Shown: positions 1 through 12,600 of the stretch, one piece after another
How the letters are laid out: every line of letters starts with the position of its first letter
Position numbering within the stretch: the stretch's first letter is position 1
NCBI RefSeq assembly: GCF_004010195.1
Contig: NW_025213419.1
Location: 1 to 32,940, forward strand
Length of the DNA: 32,940 bases
Direction: 5' to 3'
Source of the DNA: Chiloscyllium plagiosum
Taxonomy: Eukaryota
Made by a program: the position numbers and the translations under genes
Notes under the pieces: model-generated
What the model was told of the DNA's origin: nothing
Databases searched by the model: none
Seen by the model: the letters and a program-made list of their open reading frames with translations, nothing else

Positions 1-3000
1 GCCTATTCCTATCAGCCTGTCCAACCCGACATAACTCATCCTCTATCCGTGATGATTTTCTGACACCTGAGCAGCTCTCTATGTTAAAAACATTCTCCAG
101 CACTTCCACTCACTCCCTATCGTTGTAACCTCCTCCAGCCATGACAATCCTCCGTCTTCTGGTCAGACTCTCCAGCTTCTAAAGCTCTCCCAGTCGTTAG
201 AACATTCTGTAGCACCAACAAACGTCCCTATCCCTCTAATGTTATCCAGCAACAACTAACCTCACGAGACGTGTAAAATTGTCAAGCACCAAGACCCATT
301 CCCGATCCCTGTCACGTTTTCCAGCACCTACACATCTGCCTATCGTTGTATTGGTCTCTAGAACGTAAACACATTGCCTATCATTCTGCATTTTCCAGCA
401 CCTACACCAATCTCTATCCATGTAACAGTATCGAGCACTTACATCTCTCGATATCCGTTTATCATTCACCAACACCTGCACCGTTGTCTGTCCCTGTAAC
501 ATTCTCCAGCACCTCCAGCCGTTACTATCCCTGTAACCTTCTCCAGCCCCGCCAACTCACCTTATCTGGTAACGTTCGTTGACTCCTAAACTCTCCCCGA
601 TCCCTCATAAATTCTCCAGCACCTGTACCACACGTTTTTCCTGTAAGATCTCCAAACCGTGCAACAACTTCCTATTGCTGTACATTCTCTAGCTCCTTCA
701 CTTGCTCCCTGTCACTGTGACATTGTCCACCATCTACACCCTGTCTATAGCTGTAACATTCACCAGCATCTATACCACACTGTATCCATTTAACATCACT
801 GAACCCGGCACACAGTCCAAATTACTGCGAAATTCTGCCACACCAAAGGTCTCCCTAATCATGCAACATTGTGCAGCACCTAAACCAGACCGTATCCTTG
901 TACTGTTCTCCATCACCTACACTGCTGCTTATCGCAGTAATATTCACCACACAGACACTCACTCCATATTCCTGCAACATTTTCTGGCAGGTACATGCAC
1001 TCCATTTTCCTGTAATATTCTACTGCATCTACCCACACTACCGATCACTGGAACATTCTCCAGCACCTACAGCCACTTCCTATGCCTGTAATTTGTTCCA
1101 ACCCCTACATACCCCATCCTCTATCCATGATCATTTTCTCGCACGTGAAAGGCTCCCTCTCTCTGAAACATTCTCCAGCACCAACACCCTCTCCCAATCC
1201 TTGTAACCTTCCCCAGCCACGACAGCCTTCCTCTATCTGTCACATTCTCCAGCACCTGCACTTCTCCCACTCACTGTGACATTCTGCAGTACCTCCATCC
1301 CGCTCCATTCCTGTAACCTTCTCGAGCACTTAAACCCAACCATTTCCCTGTAACATTCTCCAATACCTGCATCCCTCCCTTTTCATGCAACACTTCCCTC
1401 CCCTCCAGCGACCCACTATCCCTGTTAATTTGTTACGCACCTTCGCCCACTGCCTCTCCCTGTATCATTCTGCTGCAACAACATGCGTCCCACTGCGTCT
1501 AACATTCTACAGCAACGCCACAAATCTCTGTAACTTTGTCCAGGACGTACACACATTCCCTTTCCAAGCACCTCCTACCATTCCCGATCCCTGCTACTTT
1601 TTCCAGGATCAACACATCACCTTATCGCGGTACCATTCTCCAGAACCTACACTTCTCCTATCACTTTTACATTCTCCAACAGCTTCATCTCTCCTTATCC
1701 ATGTAACATTATTCAGTTGCATTCTCCAGCACCTCTATTCCTTGTTATAACAGGAAAATTCGCCAGGCCGGCTACCTCACCTTATTCCGGTCGCGTTCTC
1801 CAACCCGTAATCCACCCTTACCCCTGTAAACAAGGAGCCAAACTGCATCACCCACTATTCCTGTAAGATCACCAAACTGTACAACTACTGATGATTGCTT
1901 TAACACTGTCTAGCACCTTCACCAACCCCCTGCCTGTAACATTCTTCAGCATCGATACGCCCTCTATAACTGCAACTTTCAGCAGCACCTATACCACACC
2001 GTTAACATTTGGCATCTCTAAACCGTACAGTCATTCCATATTCTTCCACAAAACTCTACCACAACTAAATCTCTCTCTATCCTTGTAATATTGCACAGCA
2101 CGTTCACCACTCCATATTCTTGTGGCATTCTCCAGCTGCCGATTGCTGTAACATTCTCCATACCTACACGCACTCCCTTTTCCTAAAATATTCTCAAGAA
2201 CATTCACCCACTCCCTATCACTATAACGTTCTCCAGCAACTGCACACATTACCAATCCCTGGAACATTCTCTCGCACCCAAAGTCGCTGCCGTGTCTGTG
2301 ACGTTCTGCAGCACATGCAGCCACTCCCTATGCCTGCAATCCTGTTCAGCTCCGTCACACCCCACCCCCTATTTGTGAAACTTTCTCCAGCACCTCAACC
2401 GATCCATCTCCCTGTAATATTCTCCAGGTGCTTCACCCACTCACTGTTGCTGTAACATTCCCCAGCGACACCACCGTTTCCTTTCCATGTGACATTCTAC
2501 AGCACCAACAACGTTCCATATCCCTGTAATATTCTCCAGAACAATCTTGGGCGGCACGGTGGCCCAGTGGTTAGCACTGCTGCCTCGCAGCGCCAGAGAC
2601 CCGGGTTCAATCTGTAAGACTCTCCAGCTCCTATACACCTCCATATCAAAAGTAATGTCTCCAGACCTTACACTAACTCCTTTATCCCGCAAAATTGTCC
2701 AACACCTTCTCCCCTCACTATCCCGATAACCCTTTTCACCACCTTCACCCTTCCCTAATCTGCCACTTTATCAAAGAACTACACTTATGCCCCATCCCTG
2801 TGCCCCCTATCCAGCACCGACACCCCTCCCTTTCCCTGTAACATTCTGAACATCCAACACTCTTTCTCTGTTCCGTAACATTCTCTCGCACCGTTACCTC
2901 TTGGTTTCACTGTAACCTTCTCCATCAAATACACGACTCCATATCCCTGTAAAATTTCTATCCTTTACGTTCACTCTCTTTTCATGTAAGGTTGTCCAGC

Positions 3001-4472
3001 ACCATCACGCACTCCCTGTCCCTGTGATAATATCCTGCAAGTCCAGAAACTCCTCATATTGTTGCCCTTGTCCAGCACGTACACCTCACCACTTCTCTGT
3101 CACATTCTGCATCACCTACATCTTTCACGATCCATGTAACATTCTCCCGCACGTACTCCCACCCCATATCCCGGTGACATTCTCCAGCATCAACACTGAT
3201 TCCTGTCCCTCTAACATTCTCCAGCATCTGTGCACCTCACTGACCCTGTCACCTTCACCAGCCACAATACCACTCCCTATCCACTGTCACTTTATCCAAC
3301 TTCTCCAGCCTTCCCGATCCCTGTAAACGTCTCTACCAGTCTCTATAAGAGTAAGATCTCCAAACCATTCATTACTGATGTAAATTGTCCAGCACCTTCA
3401 CCCACTCCCTGTCACTGTAACATGCTCCAACACCGACACCCCACTCGGTTCCTGGACACGTCTACATCACCTCCATCACTCTCGATCCCTGCAGCTTTTT
3501 TCGAGCACCTACATCCCTCCGTATTCCTGTAACTCTCTGAATCACCTACACTACTCCCTATCACAGTAATATTCTACAGCACCTACACCACACTCTGTTA
3601 GTGTAACCTTCACCAGGCCTTCACCCACTGGTTATCCATGTAACGTAATCGAACAATTAATTGCCTCCCTACCCCATTAAATTTCCAACCAGTACAACTA
3701 TTCGCTTATCCTGTAACATTGGCCATCTCGTCTACCCACTCCGTATTCCTGTAACATTTGCCAGCACCTACTCTCATGCCTATCCCAGTAACATTCACCA
3801 GCAACTGCACAATACTCAATTATTGTAACTACTCCAAATCCATGTTCCTGTAACATTCTCCAGCACCTATACCAGTCCCTAACCCTGTAACATTCTACAG
3901 CACCTTCACTTGTCCTTATAGCTTCGATCGTCTCATGTTCCTACACACGTATTTATTTCTGTAAAATTCTCCAGCAACTATTCCATTAATTATTGGTGTA
4001 ACATTCCGCAAAACCTACACGTCCTCCCTATCCTGTGACATTCTCTATCACTTGCAACCATCCCTATCCCCGGAAACTTCTCTAGACTCTAAACCCCTCG
4101 CTTTTCCGGTAACCTTCTCCAGCACGACCATGCAGTCCCTATTCATGTAACATTCTCCATCCATCCCTTATTAGCATTCCCTATCTCTTTAACACTCTCC
4201 AGCTCCGGAACACCTCCGCATCCCTCCAACAGTCACCAGCACCTATACACGATCCGATCCCTGTAACATCTCCAGCCTCTTCGAACAATCCCTATCCCTG
4301 GAAAATGTGTCCAGCACTTTCACGGAAATCTTGTCCCTGTAAAATCTTTCATCACCTACAGCAACTCCCAATCCCTGTCACATTGTTCCAGAAATACACA
4401 CCACGACTTCCCTGTTAAATTATCCGAACCGACATCACTCCCTATCCGTGCAATATTACTCAGTACCTACTT
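1..4472. repeat. Degenerate ~37-bp minisatellite, consensus approx. CCCTGTAACATTCTCCAGCACCTACACCACTCCCTAT
   Basis: CTGTAACATTCTCCAGCACC-like cores recur every ~37-38 nt (e.g. ctgtaac at 3848 and 3885). The + strand is strongly C-rich and G-poor, and units are heavily diverged. Confidence 0.93.
2549..2612 (+). mobile_element. tRNA-derived head of an HE1-like SINE (isolated 5' fragment)
   Basis: gggcggcacggTGGCCCAGTGGttagcactgctgcctcgcagcgccagagacccgGGTTCAATC carries Pol III A and B boxes. It matches the heads of the longer SINEs at 16100, 17355 and 18053. Confidence 0.88.
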
Positions 4473-4473
4473 C

Positions 4474-4686
4474 CGAGCTTGTGAGGACAGGAATAGGAGG
4501 ATAGAGCAGATGAATGCATGGCTGAGAAGCTTGTGTATGCGAGAAGGATTCACATTTTTGGGTCATTGCAATCTCTTTTGGGGTAGAAGTGAACTGTACA
4601 AGAAGGATGGATTACACCTAAATTGGAAGACGTCTAATATACTGGCAGAGAAATTCGCGAGACCTGATCGGGAGGATTCAAACTAG
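4474..4686 (+). pseudogene. CR1 ORF1 C-terminal remnant (SGNH esterase-like domain)
   Basis: Translates to ...RNRRIEQMNAWLRSLCMREGFTFLGHCNLFWGRSELYKKDGLHLNWKTSNILAEKFA.... DGLHLN is the DxxH motif of CR1 ORF1 esterases. Ends at TAG ~4686. Confidence 0.8.
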
Positions 4687-4809
4687 GAAGGATGGGGGTG
4701 GGGGCTGAGGTTGCATCCAGGGAGATTGTGAGGAAAGAGATCAATATGAGACTGTTGAGAACAGAAGGAAATCAAAGAGTCAGGGCAGGCAGTGATAAGT
4801 TCGGAATAA

Positions 4810-7060
4810 TAAATTAAATTGCATTTATGTCAATGCAAGGGACCTAACGGGGAAGGAAGATGAACTCAGGGTATGGTTAAGAACATGGGCCTGGGATATC
4901 ACCGCAATTACACAAACATAGCTCAGGAATGAGCAAGACTTGCAGCTTAATGTTCCACGATTCAAATGCTACAGGAAGGATCGAAGATGATGCAAGTGAG
5001 GAAGCGCAGAGGCGTTTTTGAAAAGAGATCACATTTCAGCTGTGCTGTGGGAGGATATTCCTGGAAATACATTCAAGGGATGGCTGGAAAATGGGAAGCC
5101 GTCAGGAACGAGATAACGAGAATACTGAGAAAGTATATTCCTGTTACGGTGAAAGGAAAGATTGGTAGGTATAAGGAATGCTGCATAACTAAATAAATTG
5201 ATGGTTTGGTTCAGAAAAAAGGAAGTATATGTAAGGTTTAGACAGGATAGATCAAGTGAATCCTTAGAGTTTAAACGCAGTAGGAGTATGCTTAAAAGGG
5301 AAATCAGGAGGGCGAAAAGGGTACATGACTTAGCTTTGGCAAATAGAATTAAGGAGTATTCAAAGGTATTGTACAGATATATTAAGGACAAAAGGATAAC
5401 TAGGGAGAGAATAGAGCCCCTCAAAGATCAGCAAGGCGGCCATTGTGCATAGCCTCATAAAATGGGGGAGATACTAAACGAGTACATTGCTTCAGCATTT
5501 ATGTTGGGAAAGGATAGGGATGATCTACAATGTAGGAAAATAAATAGTGACACCTTGCAAAATGTCCATATTACAGAGGAGGGAGTGCTGGATGTCTTGA
5601 ATCGCAAGACGGTGGATAAATCCGCAGGTCAAGATCAGGTGTACACTAGAACCCTGTGGGAAGGTAGATAAGTCATTGCTGGGCCTCTTGCTGTGATATG
5701 TGTATCATCAATAGTCACAGGTGAGGTGCCGGAAGACGTGAGGTTGGCTAACGTGGTGCCACTGTTTAAGAAGTGTGGTAAGGACAATCCAGAGAACTAT
5801 AGACCAGTGAACCTAACGTCGTTGGTGGGCAAGAATCCTGATGGACAGGATGTACTTGTATTTGGAAAGGCAAGGACTGATTAGGGATAGTCAACATGGC
5901 TTTGAGCGTGAGGAATCATGTCTAACAAACTTGATTAAACATTTTGTAGAAGTAATAAAGAGATTGATGGGGTTAGAGCGGAAGATGTAATCGAGATGGA
6001 CTTCAACAAGGCGATCGAAAATGTTCCTCTGGGAGACTGGTTAGCAAGATTAGATCTCACGGAATACAGGGAGAACTAGCCACTTGGATACATAACTGGG
6101 TCAAAGATAGAAGAGAGAAGGTGGTGGTGGACGCTTGTTTATCAGACTGGAGACATGTGACCAATGGAGTGCCGCAATGATCGGTTATCGATCCTACCGC
6201 TTGTCATTACCATAAATAATTTGGATGCAAGCAGAAGAGGAAATTAGTGAGTTTGCAGGTGACACAAAAATTGGAGGTGTCGTGGACAGCGAAGAAAGTT
6301 ACCTCAGGTTACAACAGGATGTTGACCAGATGGGCCAATGGGTTGAGAAGTGGCAGATGGAATTTAATTCAGGCAAATGCGAGTGCTGCATTTTGTGAAA
6401 GGAAATGTTAGCAGGACTTATACATTTAATAGTAATGTCCGAGGGAATGTTACTGAACAAAACGACCTTTAGCTCCTTGAAGTGGAGTCGCAGGGAGACA
6501 GGATAATGAAGAAGGCGCTTGGTAGGCTTTCTTTTATTGGACAGAGTGCTGATTCCAGGAGTTAGGTGGTCATGTTGCGGCTGTACAGGACATTGGTTAG
6601 GCCGCTGTTGGAATATTGCATACAATTCTGTTCTCCTTAACATCAGAAATATGTTGTAAAACTTGAAAGGGTTCAGAAAAGATTTAGAAGGTTGTTGCCA
6701 GGGTTGGACGATTTCAGCTATAGGGAGGGGTTGAACAGGCGAGGGCTGTTATCCCTGGAGCATCGGAGGTTGAGGGGTGACCTGATAGAGTTTCACAAAA
6801 TCATGAGGGGCATGGATCGGATAAATAGACAAAGTCTTTTCCCTTGTGTGGTGGAGTCCCGAACGAGAGGGCATAGCATTAAGGTGAGCGGGAAAGATAT
6901 AAAAGAGAGGGCAACTTTTTCACACAGAGGGTGGTACGTGGATGGAATGAGCTGCCAGAGGAAGTGGTGGACGCTGGTACGATTGCAACATTTAAAATGC
7001 ACTTGGATGGGTATATGAATAGGAAGGGTTTGGAGGGATATGGGCAGGACTCTGGCAGGT
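4810..7060 (+). pseudogene. CR1 ORF2 remnant (APE endonuclease start plus reverse transcriptase), disrupted
   Basis: ORF-track fragments 5198-5452, 5462-5671, 5693-5884, 6692-7018 and 6931-7197 are all CR1 ORF2-like. The catalytic FADD reads FAGD at ~6253-6264. Most of the endonuclease is missing after ~5070. Confidence 0.9.
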
Positions 7061-7153
7061 GGGACAAGATTGGGTTGGGATATCTGGTCGGAATGGGTGG
7101 AATGGACCGAAGGGTCTATTTCCATGCTGTATATCTCTATGACTCTGTGACTC

Positions 7154-10100
7154 AATCGCTGTCCCTGTCACTGCAGTTCAACACCCTATCCCTATAACAT
7201 TATTCACCGCTAACACCCCTCAAACACTGTAACATTTTCCAGTATCTACACACCTCCCTATTCTGATCACGTTCTCCTGGTCCTCCTCCCCTTCCGATCC
7301 CTGTAAACTTCATCAACACCTGCACCACTCCTTGTTCCTGTAAGAATCCAAACTGTACACCTACTCCTTATTGCTTTAACATTTTCCAGCTCCTTCAACT
7401 ACTCTCCGTCACTGAAATATTCTCCAACACCTACACCCGCCCGATTCCTGTAAACTTCTTTATTAACTGTCCCACTCTATCCCTACACCCTTTTCCAGTA
7501 ACTACACACATTGCTATCTCAGTAACATACTGCAGCATCTACACACCTCCCTGCCTAAATAACATTCTTTGGCACATACACAACTCCCTATTACTGTAAC
7601 ATTCACCAGAATCTAGACATCTTTACTTGCCCTATAAAACTCTCCAGCACCTGCACCGCTCCATATCCCCGTATCATTCCCTCAGGGCCCACCCTTTTCC
7701 ATATCACTGTAACATCTCCACACACATACCCCAGCACCGACAATCACTGCCTCTCCGCGGAACATCCTCGAGAAACTAACACCCTTCCTCCCCCTGTAAA
7801 ATCTCCAACCAGTACGACTACAACCTCATCCTGTAAAAGTGTCTAGCACCTTCATCCACTCGCTATCTTTGTAACATTCTCCGGCATCTGCACCCCTCCA
7901 GATCGCTGTCACATCAATAAGATCCTCACCACTCCCAACTTATGTAACATCTCGGAGCCAGACACTCACTGTTCATGTAACATTCGCCAGGACCGACGCC
8001 CCTCCCCATCATTTACCAATGCCGAGCACCGACAGCCTTCTTTACAACTTTACCATTCTCTGGCACCTATACCACTCCCGATCTCTGTAACATTCTCCAG
8101 TACCTACATCCACTCCCCATCCATGTTAGCTTCTCTGGCCCCTGCAGCCTCACCCTAGCCCTGTAACATTCTACAGCACCTGCACCACTCCTGATCCCTG
8201 CCACATTCACCAGGACACTCATCACTCACAATCTACGGAACATCTCAGAGCCCTACACCCACTCGCTAATCATGAAGCATTCACCAGGGCCTACACCCCT
8301 CCCTATCCGTTTAAGATTGCCCAGCACCTGCAGACCTCCATACCGCTTTACCATTCCCTGGAAATTATATCTCTGCTTATCCCTGTAACATTCTCCAGTA
8401 CCTATAACCAATCCTGAAACCAATCTCCAGCAACTGCAGTCGTCTGTATCCCTGTGGTTTTCTCCAACACCCACTGTCTATTCCGGTATATGCTCCAGGA
8501 CCTACACACACTTCCTATCCTTGTGACTTTCTCCAGCATCTATACCGCTCCCTATCCCTGTAACATTCTCCAGTCGCTTCACCTACTCCCTATCCCGTGA
8601 CATTCTAAAGCGGATACACCCCTCTCCACACCTGCAAAGTTCTCCAGCGCCTAATTCCTTCCTTGCACCTATAACACACTCTGACATCCTCACCCTCAAT
8701 ATCCCTGCAACTGTCTCCAGCACCTGCTTACCTCCCTCTCTCTGTTACATTCCCCAGCACTTGCACCCATTCCCGATTCCTGTAACATTCGCCAGACCCG
8801 ACACACGCGCTATACAAGTAACATTCTGTTGCCCCGATACAAACTGTCTATTCAAGTAACATTCACCAACGCCAACAGAATTCCCCATGCCTGTAACCAT
8901 CTGTACCATCGGCTCTGCTCTCTGTCCCTGTCATATTCTCCATCGCCTACATACACACTCTCTTACCCTGTTACATTCTCCACAACCTACTCTGCTGAGG
9001 ATGCCTGTAATAGTTGACAGTCCTTCCCTCCACCTCTAATATTCTCCAGCTCCTATATGCTTCCCGACACGTATAAACTACTATAATATCTGCACAACTC
9101 TCTATCCTGTAACAGCTTCCACATACCTCCCTTTCCCTAAACATTTCTGCAGCACTTCTGCCCTACCTGTCCCTGAAACATTTTCCAGCATCTGCACCCA
9201 CTCCTGATTCCTGTATCATTCCCCAAAACATACACTCATCACTTTCTCTGTGACATTCTCCCGAACCTCCAACCCTCCCTATCCCTGTAACATTCCCCAG
9301 CACCTAAAGCCTCTGAATCATTATAGTGTTCTCCAGCACCGGCACCCACTCCACCTCCCTGCAAGATTCTATAGTACCGACACTCACACCCTATCCCAGC
9401 AACATTCTCCAGCACTGACACCCACTTCCCATCCCTGTCGTTATTCCCTAGCACCTACACGCCTTCCTATCCATGTAACAGTCTCGATGTGGCTACCAGT
9501 TTTCACAGGCAAAGCCATAGACACTCACACGCTATCCCTGCAACAATCACCAATACTGACAACCACTCCTCATCCCTTTGTTATTTTCCAGCACCTATAC
9601 CCCGTCATATCGCTGCAGCACTGACTCCCAATCCCTGTCGGTATTCCCCAGCCTCTATACCCCTTCATATCCTTGCAACATTCGACAGCACATACACACA
9701 CTCCCTTTCGCTGTAACATTTTCTAGTACCTACACAGACTCAATATCCCTGAAATATTCTCCAGCAGATTAACTCCTCTCTCTCTGAAACATTTTCCCTC
9801 ACCTACACCCAAATGTGATACTCGTAACATTCGCCAGCAACGACAGCACTGCTTACCACTGTATCTTCCTCCAGAAATTTTACACTTCGTTATCTCTAAC
9901 TTTCTCCAGAACCTACAGCTTTTCCTACCCAGATCCGTCCTCCAACTCCTGCACTCATCCCTGTCCCTTAAAATTCTCAAAGATCATTTCCACTCTCTAT
10001 CAGTTTAAACCGTCCTTATTAAACCTGCGCACCCTTTATTGCTGTAACACTGTCCAGCCTAAAAGACATCGTTATCTGGGTAAGATTCTCCAGCACCTAC

Positions 10101-11360
10101 ACCTCTTCGCTTTTCTGTAACATGCTACACCACCTACACTCCTTCATATCCTGTAACATTTTCCAGAAACTACTCTGAAGACCTATCCAGTTAAGAGTCT
10201 CCAGAACCTACATCGTTCCCTAACCTTGATACCTCCTCCAGATACTGCACTCCTCCCTATCCCTGTAACATTTTTTCAGGACCAACCTCGAATCTGTATT
10301 CCTTTAAACACGTCCAGCCCCTGCCCACTCCCTATTTCTTTCACCATGCCCAGTCTCGACAACTCTCCTTATCTGGGAAACAGACTCCTGCTTCCACAAC
10401 CCTCCGTATCCCTGTAAAATATTCCATCACCCATACTCCTGCCGATCACAAAACCCTCTTTCAGCCCTGCACCCCTCCCTATCCTTGTCACATACTCCAG
10501 CAACTAGACCGCGACCTACTGTTGCAATATTTGGCAGTCGTCATACCCTTCCTCCACCTGTAACATTCTCTGGTAAATGGACAACAATTAAACCACCTCC
10601 AACATTCAAATGTTTCCTTTTTAATTGATGACACAATACTAGGTGGGTATGCGGGTTCTAGTTTGAGAAAGATCAAAATTGACGTCATTCTCCAGAACCT
10701 ACAACTTTTCCTACCCTGACATGTCCTCCAACTCCTGCACTCATCACTATCCCTTAAAATTCTCAAAGATCATTTCCACTCTCTATCAGTTTAAACCGTC
10801 CTTATTAAACCTGCCCACCCTTTTTTGCTGTAACACTGTCCAGCCTAAAAGACATCGTTATCTGGGTAAGATTCTCCAGCACCTACACCTCTTCGCTTTT
10901 CTGTAACATGCTACACCACCTACACTCCTTCATATCCCTGTAAAACTTTCCAGAAACTACTCTGAAGACCTATCCCGTTAGGAGTCTCCAGACCCTACGT
11001 CGTTCCCTAACCTTGATACCTCCTCCAGATACTGCACTCCTCCCTATCCCTGTAACATTTTTTCAGGACCAACCTCGAATCTGTATTCCTTTAAACACGT
11101 CCAGCCCCTGGCCACTCCCTATTTCTTTAACCATGCCCAGTCTCGACAACTCTCCTTATCTGGGAAACAGACTCCTGCTTCCACAACCCTCCGTATCCCT
11201 GTAAAATATTCCATCATCCATACTCCTGCCGATCACCAAAACCTCTTTCAGCCCTGCACCCCTCACTATCCTTGTCACATACTCCAGCACCTAGACCGCG
11301 ACCTACTGTTGCAATATTTGGCAGTCGTCATACCCTTCCTCTACCTGTAACATTCTCTGG
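7154..11360. repeat. Continuation of the ~37-bp minisatellite
   Basis: Same CTGTAACATTCTCCAGCACC periodic core and same strand as 1-4472. Confidence 0.92.
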
Positions 11361-11476
11361 TAAATGGACAACAATTAAATCACCTCCAACATTCAAATGT
11401 TTCCTTGTTAGTTGATGACGCAATACTAGGGGGGTATGCGGGTTCTAGTTTGAGAAAGATCAAAATTGACGTCATT
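9902..11476 (+). repeat. Direct tandem duplication, two ~787-bp copies (9902-10689 and 10688-11476)
   Basis: The copies are near-identical. ORF-track pairs 10226-10417 and 11013-11204 differ at only 2 of 63 aa. Both copies start ttctccagaacctaca and end gatcaaaattgacgtcatt. Confidence 0.95.
11365..11445 (+). mobile_element. Short CR1 RT fragment (also duplicated at ~10578-10658)
   Basis: aatgtttccttgttagttgatgacgcaatactagggggg reads NVSLLVDDAILGG and the first copy reads NVSFLIDDTILGG. Both resemble the CR1 motif SKFADDTKLGG. Confidence 0.5.
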
Positions 11477-11549
11477 TGGTTTTGAATCCTCACATTGTGA
11501 GGAAGTAATTTACACGTGTGTCACCAGTTCTTTCTTCTCCTATTTAGCA

Positions 11550-12600
11550 TAGTTTCAATATGTTCGCATACTATACTCGATACCTTATTGATACCATACT
11601 GACACGTACCCAGCATAAGTACGAGATAGTTCGCCTGACTCAACTTCTTCTCAGTTAGGTGGGGACGACTCAACCTGACTTTGAAGGGATCTACTACCAG
11701 TGGTTATAATACTAACACGTCATCCCTTCGGGAAAACGTCCGAATCACAGAGCTTTCATCAGCTAGCAGCTACATCCAACATTGTGGCCACTTTAGGTGC
11801 TCTTTACCTAACTCACCTACACGATTTAAGCTCTCCCTCACCTCCAATACATAATTTAAGTGTAAGATATCCGACTTTCGATTTGTCAATTTTTCTACCA
11901 TTAATTTCAAGGAAAGTCTCACTTCATGCTCGAATATTACCTCAAAGGGAGTGAACTGAGTAGATTCGATTGATGCATCTCTAACGGCAAACAATACGCA
12001 TGGAATATCTTTATTCCAATCATTCAGGTAATCCTGACAGCATCTTCTCAATATGGTATACAAGTTCTGATGTCACCTTTCTTAAGCACCCTGGGATTCA
12101 GAAACATATGCACTGGATTTCACGTGTTGTATACATAAGCTATCCATAACCCCCGTAAAGGTCTCCTCAGTAAAAGTTTACCCTCAGTCCGAATGACTCT
12201 CTCTCAGTAGGCCATACCGTGTGACGAAATCTAAAATTTGTCTACCTCTGCTTTTGCCTCGATACTCAGTTATGGCTTTGCCTGTGAAAACTGATAGCCA
12301 CATCGATTGTGGTTAACAAGTATTTTTTCCACATTTAGTTCTCAGAAGGGGACTTACACAATCACAAGCTGTGTGAAAGGTTCTCCGATTGCAGGAATTG
12401 GCCACAAAGGTGCTGGTTTTGTTACATTCTGTGGCCTAATTACCGTTTGGCATGCATGACGCGTTCAGCAAAAGCTAACCACATCCTTGTGCTTTCTTGG
12501 CCAATAGAAGTGCTTTCGTACCTTAGCCTGAGTCTTTCCTACCCCAATGTGACCTCCAACAGTTAGGTCGTATGCTACCCCTAGCACTTCCTGTCTGTGT
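11550..12600 (-). pseudogene. Gypsy integrase remnant
   Basis: HHCC-type zinc finger at ~12570-12440, catalytic-core C-terminal half in ORF 11770-12063, and a degenerate GPY/F-like region at ~11690-11600. Stops and frameshifts present. Confidence 0.85.

Larger units (their letters stand above)
4474..7153 (+). mobile_element. CR1-clade LINE, 5'-truncated, internally deleted, non-functional
   Basis: Contains the ORF1 C-terminus, an ORF2 APE start (LNCIYVNAR...), RT motifs (LANVVPLFKK, NYRPVNLTSLVGK, SQHGF, FAGDTKIGG), the C-terminal WNELPEEVVDAGTIATFK, and a 3' tail tctatgactctgtgactc. Many stops and frameshifts. Confidence 0.95.

Noticed and set aside
2549..2612. tRNA gene
   Set aside because: It has A/B boxes but no acceptor-stem 3' half, and it matches the SINE heads elsewhere in the window.
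242..3532. Pro/Ser/Thr/His-rich ORFs as a mucin-like or repeat protein
   Set aside because: The 37-nt period shifts frame every unit, and short ORFs occur in all frames. They are by-products of low-G composition.
4460..7170. Target-site duplication around the CR1
   Set aside because: No convincing direct repeat. Both flanks are satellite, so weak matches are uninformative.
1..11360. CRISPR-like array (repeats of ~37 nt)
   Set aside because: The whole unit is degenerate tandem sequence with no constant repeat plus unique spacer. There are no cas genes and the context is vertebrate.
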